Positions 13,943-27,470 of a DNA stretch of 64,000 nt are shown here, piece by piece. The notes below the pieces were generated by a model. That model was not told the origin of the DNA. It ran no database searches and worked only from the letters and a program-made list of their open reading frames with translations. Position 1 is the first letter of the stretch, and each line of letters begins with the position of its first letter. Source of the stretch: Octopus vulgaris. Lineage: Eukaryota. Position numbers and translations under genes: made by a program. Location of the stretch: NCBI GenBank assembly GCA_951406725.2, contig OX597824.1, forward strand, positions 4,154,001 through 4,218,000. The letters are read 5' to 3'.

Positions 13943-13974
13943 GCACACACACATTTTACATATATATTTGTTTA

Positions 13975-14196
13975 CTGCCCACAAGGGGCTAAACATAGAT
14001 GGAACAAACAAGGACAGACAAAGGGATTAAGTTGATTACATCAACCCCAGTGCGAAACTAGTACTTTATTTATCGACCCTGAAAGGATGAAAGGAAAAGT
14101 CGACATCAGCGGAATTTGAACTCAGAACGTAGCAGCAGATGAAATACGGCTATGCATTTCGCCCAGCATGCCAACGTTTCTGCCAGCTCACCGCCT
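13975..14196 (-). mobile_element. tRNA-derived SINE (family A here; central domain resembles the Meta-type SINE domain)
   Basis: Reverse complement ggcggtgagctggcagaaacgttggcatgctgggcgaaatgc...gagttcaaattccgc...ttttcctttcatcctttcagggtcgataaa. Confidence 0.85.
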
Positions 14197-14255
14197 TAAC
14201 ACACATTTTGCATGTATCCACAGGTGTATCCTATACCTGCAGATGTAATACCTAT

Positions 14256-14778
14256 ATATAGTGAGAAGACCCGTCAAGCGAAGTGAAATCCTTGTCATGG
14301 CTGATGCTGGTGTCACGTAACTGGCACCTGTGCCAGTGGCATGTAAAGAGCACAGAGGCAAAATGGCTGAGTTCCTTTTGAGTGTTGGGCCTCAGGGAGG
14401 CAAAGTGCTGAGTTCGTTTTGAGCATAGGGCATCATGGAGGCAAAGTGGCTGAGTTGCTTTTGAGTATTCGGCCTCAAGGAGGCAATGACCAAGACCTTT
14501 GATATTATGATGTGCTTGAGAAGAAAACCCATCAAGCTGAGCAAAATCAGTCGTGGCAGATACTGGTGTCACGCAAATGGCACCCATGCCGGTGGCACGT
14601 AAGAGTACCTATTATACTCTGAGAGTGGTTGGTGTCAGGAAGGGCATACAGCCATAGGAAGCCATGCCAAATCAGACTGGAATCTGGTGCAGCCTTCCAG
14701 TTTACCAGCCCTGGTCAAACTGTCCAACCCATGCCAGCATGGACAACAGACGTTAAATAATGATGATGATGATGATGA
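14256..14778 (+). mobile_element. RTE-LINE-tail-derived element with internal tandem repeats and (TGA)n tail
   Basis: Ends ccaacccatgccagcatggacaacagacgttaaa(tga)n, like copies at ~19700, 40505-40657, 41258-41446 (minus), 46228-46437 and 60255-60318. Confidence 0.75.
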
Positions 14779-15195
14779 ATAAGGTATCCTGAATTTGCAG
14801 GGTGTTTGAAATCTTATATATTTGTGTGTATAATTTTATGAGTGTATATGCACATATATGCACTATCACATGCAAGTAATGAATTTTGAGAATGTCGCAG
14901 AGGTTAGATTTTGACCAAGTAAGTATGGAATCTAAGTTATAATTCCAGGAGGAAGTAATTTCACACCAGCCATATTGCTGATGCTTCAATAAAAGCTATG
15001 AAAATGTGATTTACCATTGAACCATTTCATAAATATTGAGCCTTAGTAAGTCATATAGGGCAAAGGCAACAGAAAACTAGTTGAATGTACTTCCAGTGGT
15101 AGTCAGTATTCAAAATTAAATTGCGTGTGGTATGTGTACATATATATGAATATAAATAAGTATGTGTATGTGTGTATAAGTATGTATGTATTGAA

Positions 15196-15263
15196 AGATA
15201 GATAGACAGACAGACAAACTAACAGACAGACAGGTAGATATATAGATAGATAAACAAAGAAAG

Positions 15264-15362
<99 letters not shown>

Positions 15363-15421
15363 CAGACAGATAGAAAGACAGACAGGTAAATAGATAGATA
15401 GACAGATATACAGATAGATAT

Positions 15422-15453
<32 letters not shown>

Positions 15454-15638
15454 GTAGATAGATAGATAGATAAACAGACATAAATAGAAAGACAGACAGA
15501 CAGATAGATAGAAAGACAGACAGACAGGTAAGTAGATAGATAGATAGATAGATAGATAGACAGACAGATAGACAGACAGATAGATAGATAGATAGATAAA
15601 TAGACGGAGAGATAGACAGAGAGATAGATAGATAGATA
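15196..15638. repeat. (GATA)n/(GACA)n microsatellite
   Basis: Directly visible. Confidence 0.95.
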
Positions 15639-17184
15639 CGTGTGAATGGGAAAGATAAAGGAACTTTGCCCTTTGATGTCTGCTTCTGAATACAACAAAT
15701 GTTCTGCATGAATGCATTTATATCGACATATTTACCTATATATACCTGTATGCAGAAACTGACAATTTAATGTGTGTATTAGGTATAGTTAATTAGTGTT
15801 TGTAAGTATGACATGCATTACACATAATTTATTCCCCTGCATATATACAAACATACAAATGCCTCTGTACAGGTGAGTGTGTGGCTACAGACATATATTA
15901 ATGAGTATAAAAATTAAAAAATCAATAAATGGATCACCAGTTAGCTTTGTGATTGTGTTTTCCATTTGCTTAATCAAGCAAATTGCTTCCTGAATGATTT
16001 ATGGACTGAGTAGGCAGAGGACATGTGTACACCTAAACTAGTGTGATCCAATCTGTAATGAAACTGTGAGGAAGCTGGCACCTGGAAGAACAGGTTCAGT
16101 CCAATCTGTATAGTTTTCTCCCTGCAATCAGTTTGTTCTGGTTTAGTTTCTCCCAGTATTTTCATTGCCAGCGATTGTGGGTAGAATGTGTTCAGACCAG
16201 CTGGTATCCCTTCTCCATGTTTTGCCAGCTTTAATACACTCCCATATCTACCCATGGACATGTAGGCTGCAGCTTTCATGTTGTACTGAGTTCCAATTTA
16301 AGGAAACCACAGCACATAGCTTTGGATGTACATCAGGTGGTAATCCCATTTTCATGCCTAGCTACAGCAAAGGCTAAAATACATGAATGTGCCTCAGAAG
16401 AGTTTGGATAATACAGCCCGATTAATCTGGGTTTCAGACCTGGTCGACTAAGGCAGAGAGCACCTTTTTTGAGCTGGCACGTTTCATGGAACCTCTGGTC
16501 AACCTGAGATTTGTGATTAAATTTGTGTGGACAGAAGCTCTATCAAAAACCAGTGAATAGACTCCACTTGTACTTCAAAGTACATTGTTATACTAGTGCC
16601 ATGCTGACCCTACCAGAGAATTACATTAAGTGGTAAGAGAATACACAACCACTTTGCATATGAATTCAATGAGATGGCCATCCAGTTGATCAAACAACTG
16701 GACATCCATATGAGAAAATCAACATAAGTGTGCACAGACACACATATATTATCCTTGACAAAGCACTTCATTTCAGATTGCTCCAATCTCCTCAGTTGAG
16801 AATGACTAGTGACTGTCCTGGTGCAGTGATCTCTCTTCCTCCAGCTGTCACATCCTCAGTATTCTGCTGGACGGCCAGAGGGGTACCTAAGTCACCCTTT
16901 CATAAGCAAAAGCTTGATTCAACTCATATTCACCTGCAAGTGACAAACGGGGTTGCATTTATATGTGTGGGGTGTGTGCATGTGTAAGGAGAGTGGTCTG
17001 TCCGTCTGCTGTCTATCTATCTATGTATATGTTTATATATATATATACATATATATATAAAGTAAACAGAAAATAGAGAAATATTGATCAACAATTGACT
17101 TACAACAATTAATAATTTTTGATTTAATACAAATAGACTGTATCCCATCTAACAGCTGTTTCTGGTTCCAATGTTCAATGGTAT

Positions 17185-17216
<32 letters not shown>

Positions 17217-17400
17217 CAACAATGTCACAAATGTACAAATATATAAATGTATATCTACTACTGATTTAATCTGAAATTTTAAAAGATTTAAAAGAAAGAG
17301 ATTTGATCTATAATTGATTGCATATTGAATCAGAAATGATGACAATGTGTAAGGTAGCTGTTTAAAACAAACTTACACATTCTATTCTCTCACTTTTAAT

Positions 17401-17629
17401 TTAATTGTTTAGCATTTGGATTACTCTATCAAATGTGAAGTGAATTTATTCGCATTCTTTTGATTTAGTCACGCATTATCTCATAGCATTAAGATTTCAG
17501 TGATGTGCTTGTTTATCTTTTGAATGACATTGTAAGGTAAGAGTGAGAGACCAGATCTGGCCAATTTGAAAAAAAAAACAAGTTGAATATTTTGTCTGAA
17601 TGTGACCTGTTTAAATGCCAGAGGGTTAA
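17401..17629. mobile_element. piggyBac-type MITE, older copy of 4662-4890
   Basis: Colinear internal sequence; ends gagggTTAA. Confidence 0.7.
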
Positions 17630-18320
17630 TGATAGAATCGTATACTGTAAAAAAAAGGCGGAAAGATGAAAGAATACGAAGAACATCAGAGAAAATGCCA
17701 GGCAGTGTTTATGCTGGGTCTTAATCTCCTGTTAAGGTCATCTTTGTCCCCATCACTGTTTTAGGGTCAATAAAACAAAGTACAAGTCACGTACTGGCAT
17801 CCATGAAACCAACTAAACCCCGTAACTAAAAATATTGCTGTCCTACCTAAATCAGAAACAAGTAAAGTATTGACGAATGCATCAAATCACTGACATGACT
17901 GGTGGTATGGCTGAATGGTGATGGAGTTTGTTCACAATCAGGGACGGTGTCATGGGTTCAATTCCACTGAGTGGCATCTTGGGTAAATGTCATTCTCAGG
18001 TCAGCCCATAACTTCCAAGTGAAAATGGACAGACAGTTGGATATGGCTTTTTAAAACTAACCTTTTAACTTATCTCCAACAGATACAGATATTGGTTGTA
18101 CTTTTTAAAGTTGGATGTCCCAAATAAACACACACACACACACACACACATCAGAAACAGCTGTAAGTCAAAGATGCTCAAATAAAGAAGCATGTAAAGC
18201 CCCTGTTTTATGCCCTTTATTCGTGTGTGTGTGTGTGTATGTATATATATGTATGTATATGCGTATATATATATATATATATATATTGTTATATTTCAGA
18301 ATGGTCATTTTGCCAGTTTA

Positions 18321-18371
<51 letters not shown>

Positions 18372-18436
18372 TGTATATATATTCATATATATATATATAT
18401 ATATATGTACATATGTATGTATGTATATATATATAT

Positions 18437-18642
18437 AACCACATGTGAATCATTGGCGATTTTCTTCCTCTATCTACCTTTCTGTTGGACTTTCCTCTGT
18501 TTCTGACGAAGAGCGTTGCTCGAAATGTTAAACCACCTTTCTTTCCTTCCCCAAGCATCTGCTAATACTTTACATGTACCACATCCTCACATTGTTTTTT
18601 TTTTTTTGTGTCTGTTGCTCTTCTTTTTGGGGATTTACTATA
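18437..18642 (+). mobile_element. Penelope-like element terminal fragment in (TA)n, carrying a hammerhead motif
   Basis: Short pyrimidine-rich unit between TA microsatellites; contains the motif at 18499-18533. Confidence 0.55.
18499..18533 (+). ncRNA. Minimal type I hammerhead ribozyme motif
   Basis: gttt-CTGACGA-a-gagc(gtt)gctc-GAAA-tGTT-aaac: stem I gttt/aaac, stem II gagc/gctc, intact CUGANGA and GAAA boxes; stem III ATGT instead of palindromic ACGT. Confidence 0.6.
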
Positions 18643-19155
18643 CACATATATGTATATATATATATGTGTGTGTGTATGTGTGTACATATATATCTATACA
18701 CACACACATATATATGTGTGTGTGTGTGTGTGTGCATGGATTATATATCATATAACAACATATATAAAATATACATGGTGTTATTTAATGCCACGAAACA
18801 GAGATGCAATCTGTAAGGCAGTGGAGTAACAGAGAAACAGTTAAAATGCTGTATTAAATTACGCTGACCCCGATTCGGCTTCGGTGGTGTGTCTCTACAC
18901 ACACCTACAAACGTGTCTTGCACTTCTCTTTTACAATCTGTCGAATTGCTGCCTTTGACATCCATCTGGTGTCAATAAAATGTATATCAGCCATATTCTG
19001 AGATCAATTAATTGATTATACTGCTTGCTTTCTCCTAAAGCTAATGTCCTTGTGTTAATGCAAGAAATCGATATTCTATAATCACCTATATGCAAATAAA
19101 CACACACACACACACACATGTATGTTGGTGTGTGTGTGTATCTATCTCTCTCTCT

Positions 19156-19216
<61 letters not shown>

Positions 19217-19320
19217 TAATGTATACATATATCTATATATACACATATACACACATACGCATATACATACACACACAGACACACACATGTACCCTGAACA
19301 TATTGTGCAACATGTTGTTG

Positions 19321-19352
<32 letters not shown>

Positions 19353-19488
19353 GGTTAGTCCTTGGTCATCATTGAGAGTTTTATAAGATGCTGTGTTGTG
19401 ATTTTTATGGAGATGTTTTGCAGCTGAGTAGAGGATCCCATGTTGTATATGAAGCACATGCATGTGTGTGTGTGTGTGTGTGTGAGGT

Positions 19489-19554
<66 letters not shown>

Positions 19555-20216
19555 TGTAGGAATAGCTATGCGTTTCTACTAATAAGGGTGTGTGAGGTTC
19601 CATAGTCTGTTTTGGCTGGGATCCAGCTGTAGAAGCAAAGCCAAAACAGAGTATTGTACCTGGTGCAGCCATTGGCCTTGCCAGTCCAGGTCAAGTTATC
19701 CAACCCATGCCAGCATGGATAAAACAGACATTCAATGTCAATGATGATGATGATGATGTTGATGGTGGTATGTGTGTGTATATGCACATAAATACATGTG
19801 TATGTAATAGGCTGACCAAAGCCTTGTGAATGTGTTAACTAAATAGAAACTGAAAGAAGCTCATCATACATACATACATGCATACATACACACACACACA
19901 CGTTTGAGTGTGATATATATATATATATATACGTAAGAATGTCAGTCAGTATAAAAGAGTGTAAGATGTTGAGATCGGTGTGTTATAGGGGCAACTAACA
20001 AGTGGTTCAAACTCACTCCTTGATGAGATACTTGTTTCCTAATCACTGCAAACCAATGAGAAACAGTTACATAACACATTAATAAAACATTTGGATGACA
20101 GTTACTGATCTCCTCTTTGTACCCAATTGTTCTATATATTTGCACTTGACTCAGTCCATCTGACTAAAGTATAAAGGGGGTTTTGGGGTAAACACACACA
20201 CACACACACCTGCACA

Positions 20217-20438
20217 TTTGAGAGGTTGCAGAAAAGTCCTTGGCTTTGGGGGTAAAAGAAAATACAGGAGGATCAGTTAATTAGGATTTTATTCAACATA
20301 TTCCCCTCTCTGATTCACACACTTAGTGCAGGGGTCCTTCAGTTTTTCTAAGCCCTGTAAAAGAAATCAGAAGGTTGGGCCTCCAATCAGGCCTTTTGTG
20401 ATACCCTTAAAACCAGGAACTTTTCAGCACCCCTCGTA
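20217..20438. mobile_element. mariner-type MITE
   Basis: Right end aaaaccaggaacttttcagcacccctcgTA is the inverted counterpart of the decayed left end tgagaggttgcagaaaagtccttggcttt. Confidence 0.7.
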
Positions 20439-22589
20439 AACATTAAACTTGATATTATACTCTTTTACTAATTTACTCATTTAATTGTTTCACTCATTGG
20501 AATGTAGTAAGATTGTGGCTCTGACTTTCAAATGCTTTGATTGATCATGGTGACCCTGTTCTTATTTAAGTCAGGTGCTTATTTTATCTCAGTTTATTGG
20601 ATTGCTTTAGTTTTGTTAATATAGAGACATAACACAACTCAGATTTACACTGGGATACATAAACACAACTATAACACATACAATGGTCTTCAGCAAATTT
20701 GGCTCATAAACTATTAATCAAGCAGAGGGTACAGTGGGGGAAAAAAAACTTGTTCAAGAAATTGTGTCAAACCTTGAAACAAATAGTTTCAAAGTGAAAT
20801 TCTTAATAACAGTGCTATACCTGCATCAGAGGACAGGTATAATACTTTAAGTTACATGACTGTTAAAGATAGCAGCCAAATCTCATTTAGTCACACCAAC
20901 TAAGTTATAGAGTGAAAGTTGCATTGGTTAATTTGGTCCTAAATACATTGAAATAAAGTAAAATAAATAAATAAATAATTGGAGTGTTTTTTGTTGGAAC
21001 ATCTTTGGTCAGAGTTCCAGATGAAGGAAGGTCTCAGGGCTAAACAACAATAATAACATCAACAAGCCACGACAATGATTCAAGAAGTCTACAGTTTTGT
21101 TCCTTGCAAAATAAGGAATCCAATAGCCTTCAGTTTAACTCAATCAAATGCTGCCAACCATGCCATTTCCTCTCTACAATGCAGTTGATAAATGCATCGA
21201 TGAAAACAATTTCAACAAAGTGAATATCTATTCCATTACGAATGGAATGAGGTGGGTGAAAAGAAAAACAATCAAAAAGAAAGAACTGGAATCCCTGCTT
21301 TAAGTAGACATGGAAGTTACAGCTTGGTTTTCTTTCTACGTTGGAAACTTTTGCTTCCTATGTCTTTTAAATGACCTGCAAATGGCAGTAAATGCCCCCA
21401 CCTCCTTCAGACTAACATGGATGTTAATAATACTGTTAAATGACATTCATTTGTGACTGAAGCCAGAATTCAACACTGTTTGGTTCTAATAAAACTGGAC
21501 TTTGTCCAAATTGAAGCACGTACCACAGAACTAACAACTATACAATTAAAATAGTTACAAGTAATATGTATTTACGTACACTCACACTCACACACACACA
21601 CATACACATACACTCTAAGTCCATTAACAATGATTTGATGAAAATAAACTCAAAAGAAACTAATCCATATATGAATGACTATTTAAATGTTTTTCTCATT
21701 GTTATATGCTTTAGGTTTCTGAATGCAAAAATGGGCCCTCGATGTACGGAACTTGTGTAGAAACCAATGCTGATCCTACTTAAATTGACTGAGGAAACAC
21801 AAACATTTCCGATTTTCCTGTTTTTCTTGCCTAAATGTCATACGTAAGAAATTTGAATTCATATACCTTTGGAAAGCATAATCGCATCATACAATGTTGC
21901 TATGTTACGTCATGTTTTTGCATAAAATAAAACAAACAAACAAAAGAGCCATATTAGAGAAAAAGCAATGGATTAGGAAGATGAGGACTAAATTTATATC
22001 TTGTGTTGTAATAACATGGAATATTGTAATTCTTTCAAATGCAATAATAAGAGATCAGTTTTATTCCTAGCCACACCCTCATCACACACACACACAAGTA
22101 TCAGTAATTTTAATTCAATTAACTATACAACTTGTGTCAAGAATATTGTCAAAACAAAGAATCTTCCCAATTCTTCTAATAATTATAATAATTCTTAAAA
22201 GTTTTCTTCATGCTTTTGATATTCATAGCTCTTTTACTAAACCTAAATGGTATTTGAACAAAATATTGTTCTGAAATTGAATTTCTTCTTTCCTATTAAA
22301 TTCCTATTTTTAACTTTTTATCACAAATAAAATTTAAACTGAGGGAGTGATCAAATAAATGCTGCCATTTAACTTAATCTACTAAATGTACTTTAAGAGA
22401 ACAGACACCAAATGGTAAAACAAGAAATACCATTATTCTTAGCGAACTACAAAGAAAACAAAAAAAAGATACATTAAGTAATTAAAATTCCATCATGTTA
22501 GGTAAAATAGGTGATCAAAGCTGTATATGTTCCCTGTGCTTTTTATTTACTTTCAGTCAAAATGACAATTCCCTTTTCCATCTCTTCCT

Positions 22590-23640
22590 TAGTCTCTGCT
22601 CGAAACGCAAAGGCATGAGTCACAGATATTCTTCCTGACAACTCAACTTATTCCAACTTCTCCATAAACTTCCACCTCGGCTAATTTCTCTTCCTAATAA
22701 ATAGCGCCGTATTTTTTTCTGTTACTTTTTAAACTCAGTCCATCAGTTTGATGCCTTCGTCTTCTACGAAGAGCATCTTTTCTCCTATAGCAGTCGATGA
22801 GACACTCCAATGTTAGTCATCGGGTACATCTGATACCCCACGGCGTTTCTTGACTGACTGTGAGTGACTAACACGTACGAACTTTCTCAGATCTTTTCAG
22901 TCTATCAGTGAATGTCCCTAATGGCTCGGCTGCTTTGTCTGCATTCACATTCGTAATAACCGTGCTCTGAATGTACAGCTGTGAATCTCAATAGTTGCCT
23001 ACTTAGTCGGGTTTAATTTTCTCCCACCCATTCAATGCATTTATTACCCTCTCACAACAGTTCCTGACTCTTTATCTTTAACATTGGTGACAATGAGTGT
23101 TCTGCTGTCATTCCTAACAACACATTTCTCCAATGATCTCTTCATCCCCACTAACCTACTGCTTTGCAATCCAGAACACTTTGGGCCTCTGACTCACTCA
23201 TACCAAAACAGAGGCCAACCTCTTGCATTCAGTTTCACTCCATGCTACATACACCTGGCATCTAGTCACTCTTTTAGCCCTTGATATTGTTCCTTGTTCC
23301 CCTCTTCCAACTGTTCTCGACTTATCTCTTATCTTTTAAGGCCCTATCTACTCTATCCTCCCTCAAATATCTTCTGATGGTTGGCATCTTACTCCAACAA
23401 CAGATCTGACTTAAAACTCAGGGTGTTTTGTAGAAACTCCTGAGGTCCTCAACATAGAAAGGGGTCACCTCAAGTTCTCTGAGCCTACAACTATTAGAGG
23501 GATTTTCTAGCTTCCATTCCTCCCTTCTCCATATTGTGTTGAGTCTCAGCATCAAGCTAGTTCTTACTGGGAAGTCCTTAATCTTTAGCCTATGCAGAGC
23601 AGCAAATTCTTCACCAAGGAAAGACTTAGCATTCACAACT
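22590..23640 (-). pseudogene. Possible decayed retroelement coding remnant
   Basis: Non-microsatellite sequence, partly CpG-richer, with short basic/Trp-containing minus-strand peptides and many stops; no diagnostic motif. Confidence 0.2.
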
Positions 23641-23691
23641 TTCTGTTAATTTCTGTGTCCCTGCATCATTTCCCTTTTCTCATACCCCTTT

Positions 23692-23752
<61 letters not shown>

Positions 23753-23892
23753 ATTTACACATATTTAGATACACACACGCGCAGTATGAAGATATGGAAA
23801 TAGTCAGGGAATTAGAACATACTAGAGAGAAATTAAGAAAAAAGGTGACAGGGACAGGTAAATTGATAATTAGAAATATAGAAAGTTATAAG

Positions 23893-23928
<36 letters not shown>

Positions 23929-24191
23929 CGAGATGACAAAAAGAGAAACAAAATAAAAGTCCAAGGACAGTCAAACTTAATTTATAATATCTGCCCCTAA
24001 CAACAACAAAGGTGACAGAGTGCCAACCAGTTGCAGAAACTGGCAACAGATGGGGAGGAGATGGGAATTAGACAACTTGCAGTGTTGGTAATATTGGTCG
24101 TGATAGCAATATTAGTATTGCTGCCGTATATAATTTAGCCACAGGTCAGCTCTTTGTGAGCAGACCTATGATCAAAGACATTCCAGCTTGA

Positions 24192-24620
24192 AATCTGGGG
24201 GAAGGGGAAGAGTCGATAACATTGACCCCAGTACACAACTGGTACTTAATTTATTGACCCCGCAAGGATGAAAGGCAAAGTTGAAAAGTTGACCCTGGCA
24301 GCATTTGAACTCAGAATGTGCAGACAAACAAAATACCGCTAAGCGTTTCACCTGGCATGCTAACGAGTCTGTCAGCTCACCGCCTGACAACAGCAATTAT
24401 AATAATTATCCTTTCTACAATAGGCGCAAGGCCTGACATTTTGAGGGGAGGGGCTGGTTGATTGCACTGACTCCAATACTTGACTGGGACTTATTTTGTT
24501 GACCCCAAAAGGATGAGAGGCAAAGCTGGCCTCGGTAGAATTGAACTCAGAATGTAAAGACAAACGAAATGCCACGAAGCATTTTGTTCAGCCTGCTGAC
24601 AATTCTACCAGCTCACCACC

Positions 24621-24690
<70 letters not shown>

Positions 24691-25020
24691 TCCTTTCTAC
24701 TGGCGGCACAAGGCCTCAAATTTGTGGGGAGGGGACTAATCGATTACATCGACCCCAGTATCCCACTGGTACTTAATTTATCAACTCCGAAAGGATGAAA
24801 GGCAAAGTTGACCTTGGCGGAATTTGAACTCAGAATATAGCAACAGGTGAAATACCACTAAGCATTTCATCTGGGGCACTAACGAACCCGCCAGCTCACT
24901 GCCTTGATAATAATAATAATAATAATGAGAAGAAGCAATAACAAACATTATGATTATAATAAGCATAGATGCAAAACCTGAAATTTAGTAGGAGGGAAAC
25001 AGTAGACTGAATTGACCCCA
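24192..25020 (-). mobile_element. Tandem array of at least three family A SINEs separated by (TAA)n
   Basis: Repeated aaggatgaaaggcaaagttgac...gaatttgaactcagaa...ccagctcacc units at ~24192-24385, 24408-24621 and 24689-24906. Confidence 0.85.
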
Positions 25021-25338
25021 GTGGTATATGTGGGCTGTGGTTTGTGTTTTAGTGAAATGAGGTGATTATGTAGGAGATGTCCTTCATGGGTTAGGTTTTA
25101 GTGTTGGGTGGTGATTGTGTTTTATCCTTCAGAGATCAATAAAATCAATCAAGACTCTACACAACCACCACCACCCAGACAGACTGTAACCTACACAACA
25201 CATATTTTACAAAATCACTGCACAGAGCTATAGCACTTACAACAACCCATGCAGCACATACTCTACACCATCACCACTCAGTGCTACGACACATACTTCA
25301 ACTCACACAGCACATAGTCTACACAACAAACAAGCAAC

Positions 25339-25669
25339 TGACACTCCATCGGTTATGAAGACAAGGGTTCCAGTTGATCTGAGTAACAGAACAGCCTGCT
25401 TGAGAAATTAACATGCAAGTGTGCAACTGGTTGAGTGCTCCACAGACACATGCACTCTTAATGTTGTTCTCTGAGAGATTTAGCATGACACAGAATGTGA
25501 TAAGGCCAGCCCTTTGAATTACAAGTCCAACTCAATTTTTGCCAGCTGAGTGGACTGGAACAACATGAAACAAAGTGTCTTGCTGAAGGACCCAATGCAC
25601 TGCCAGGTATTGAACTCATGACCTTACAATTGTGAGCCGAATGCCCTAACCACTGAGCCATGTGCCTTT
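25339..25669 (-). mobile_element. Full-length SINE family C
   Basis: Reverse complement tggctcagtggttagggcattcggctcac...gagttcaatacc; body as at 63688-64000. Confidence 0.85.
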
Positions 25670-26799
25670 ACCAACAAACAAACAGAACATGCAAGTAACA
25701 CCAAAAATAAAAGAAACAAAACCAAAAGTGCAAAACAGATATAACACCGAAGTGCACATCTGCATCTGCACAAGACCATGCTGCTGCACAGGTCTAAGGG
25801 ATACAGAAGTGCAACTAGTGGTGCAGCTGTAGAAAGTAGCAAGAAACTATTATTAAACAATGATAAGCATAAAAAATAAGGATTTCATACTTAGGTGCAA
25901 AACAATGTTTATAATAGAAGAGGGGGTTCATTGGTTGAGTGTACCCTGTTGTAATACTGGCACCTATATGAGTCAAGGAGGGGGTCTCTGGATGGTTTCT
26001 CTACCCACTAGAAACAGCAGCCAAATTGAGATCCCTCAAATTACACCTTGGTGTAAAATGGAAGAAAAAAATGGAAGAAAAAAATTTAAGTTTGTTTTTG
26101 ATATGTTAACACTAAAAAGAAAAAGATGATGGTCATGGTAGGAATATCTTTGATCATAGATTTACTAAGTTAGAACTGACCTGGAATTAAACAGTGTCTG
26201 ATGTTTATATTGCTCCACCTCATCAAAGGAATAAATCGTAGAGCTGATGCTGGTGAGATTTGAGTTTTGAACAAAAGCTGGATGAGTAAATCCCAGGAAG
26301 GCCTCTAGCTTGGTATTGTTACATTTCTACCAAATTGGTTCTTAATATAATAATAATGGTGCTGTTAGCCAGAAGGAACACAACTATAAAACCATATAAC
26401 AATACAATGGAAACTGTACATCAAAATTCCACACAAAGACATTTGAACCATCTCTGAATGTACTGGTAATTATAACAGTATAGTATTGCAATATTTTTCA
26501 TACACGTTGCCCTTGAGGCAAATAAAATGACTCTCCTCTGTATCACATCATTAGTTGTTGTTGCTTAACCTCAGTTCAGCTTTGATCAAGCAAATCTATG
26601 GTCAAAGGCATTACAACCATGACCATCCCATTTTTTCTCCCAGACACTGTATCTAGGACTGTATTATCTAATATGAACTCCCCAACCATTTTTGGGGGGT
26701 GGGGGTGTATGGTAGGGTGTGACTTTTTTAAGGAAATTCAGCTGTTATTTCTCGTGGTCGGACAAGCATGTAATCCCTTCAAGCTCTGAGTCCAAATAT

Positions 26800-27207
26800 C
26801 TGGTGAACTGGCAGAATCAGTAACATGCTGCGCAGAATAGCAGCATTTCATCTCGTTCTGAGTTCAAGTTCCACTGAGGTCAACTTTGTCTTATATTTTT
26901 TCGGGGTAGATAAAATAAGTACCAGCTGAGCACCGGGGTCAATGTAATCAATTAGACCCCTCCCACAAAATTTTGGGCCTTGTGCTTACAGCGCAAAAAG
27001 AATTGGGAAAGGAGCTGGCCGAGTGGACAAAATGCATAGCAATGTTCTTCTGTCTCTATGTTCTGAGATCAATTTCCACCAAAGCCAACTTTGCCTTTCA
27101 TTCGTTTGAGGGTTGATAAAATAAGGTCCAGGTGAGCACTGGAGTCAAGAATTCAGTTAGCACCCTCCCACAAAATTTCAGGCCTTATGCCAATAACAGA
27201 AAGGATT
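26800..27207 (+). mobile_element. Two tandem family A SINEs
   Basis: gttctgagttcaagttccactgaggtcaactttg... and gttctgagatcaatttccaccaaagccaactttgcctttc... Confidence 0.8.
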
Positions 27208-27317
27208 ATCATTGTTATTGAGAGAGTAGCGCATGCCATCAAAGTGACACTGGGGTAAAATATACAAAGCCCAGTATACCCACCATGACTACCCGTCTGA
27301 TAAGGGTACACCAAGCA

Positions 27318-27338
27318 CTATTATTATTATTATTATTA

Positions 27339-27388
<50 letters not shown>

Positions 27389-27470
27389 ATCATCATTGTT
27401 ATCATCATCATCATCATTATTATTATTATTATTATTATTATCATTATTATTATTACTGTTGTTATTATTA
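27318..27470. repeat. (ATT)n/(ATC)n microsatellite
   Basis: Directly visible. Confidence 0.95.

Noticed and set aside
14355-14490. CRISPR-like repeat array
   Set aside because: Contiguous tandem units without unique spacers, in eukaryotic repeat context, with no cas genes.
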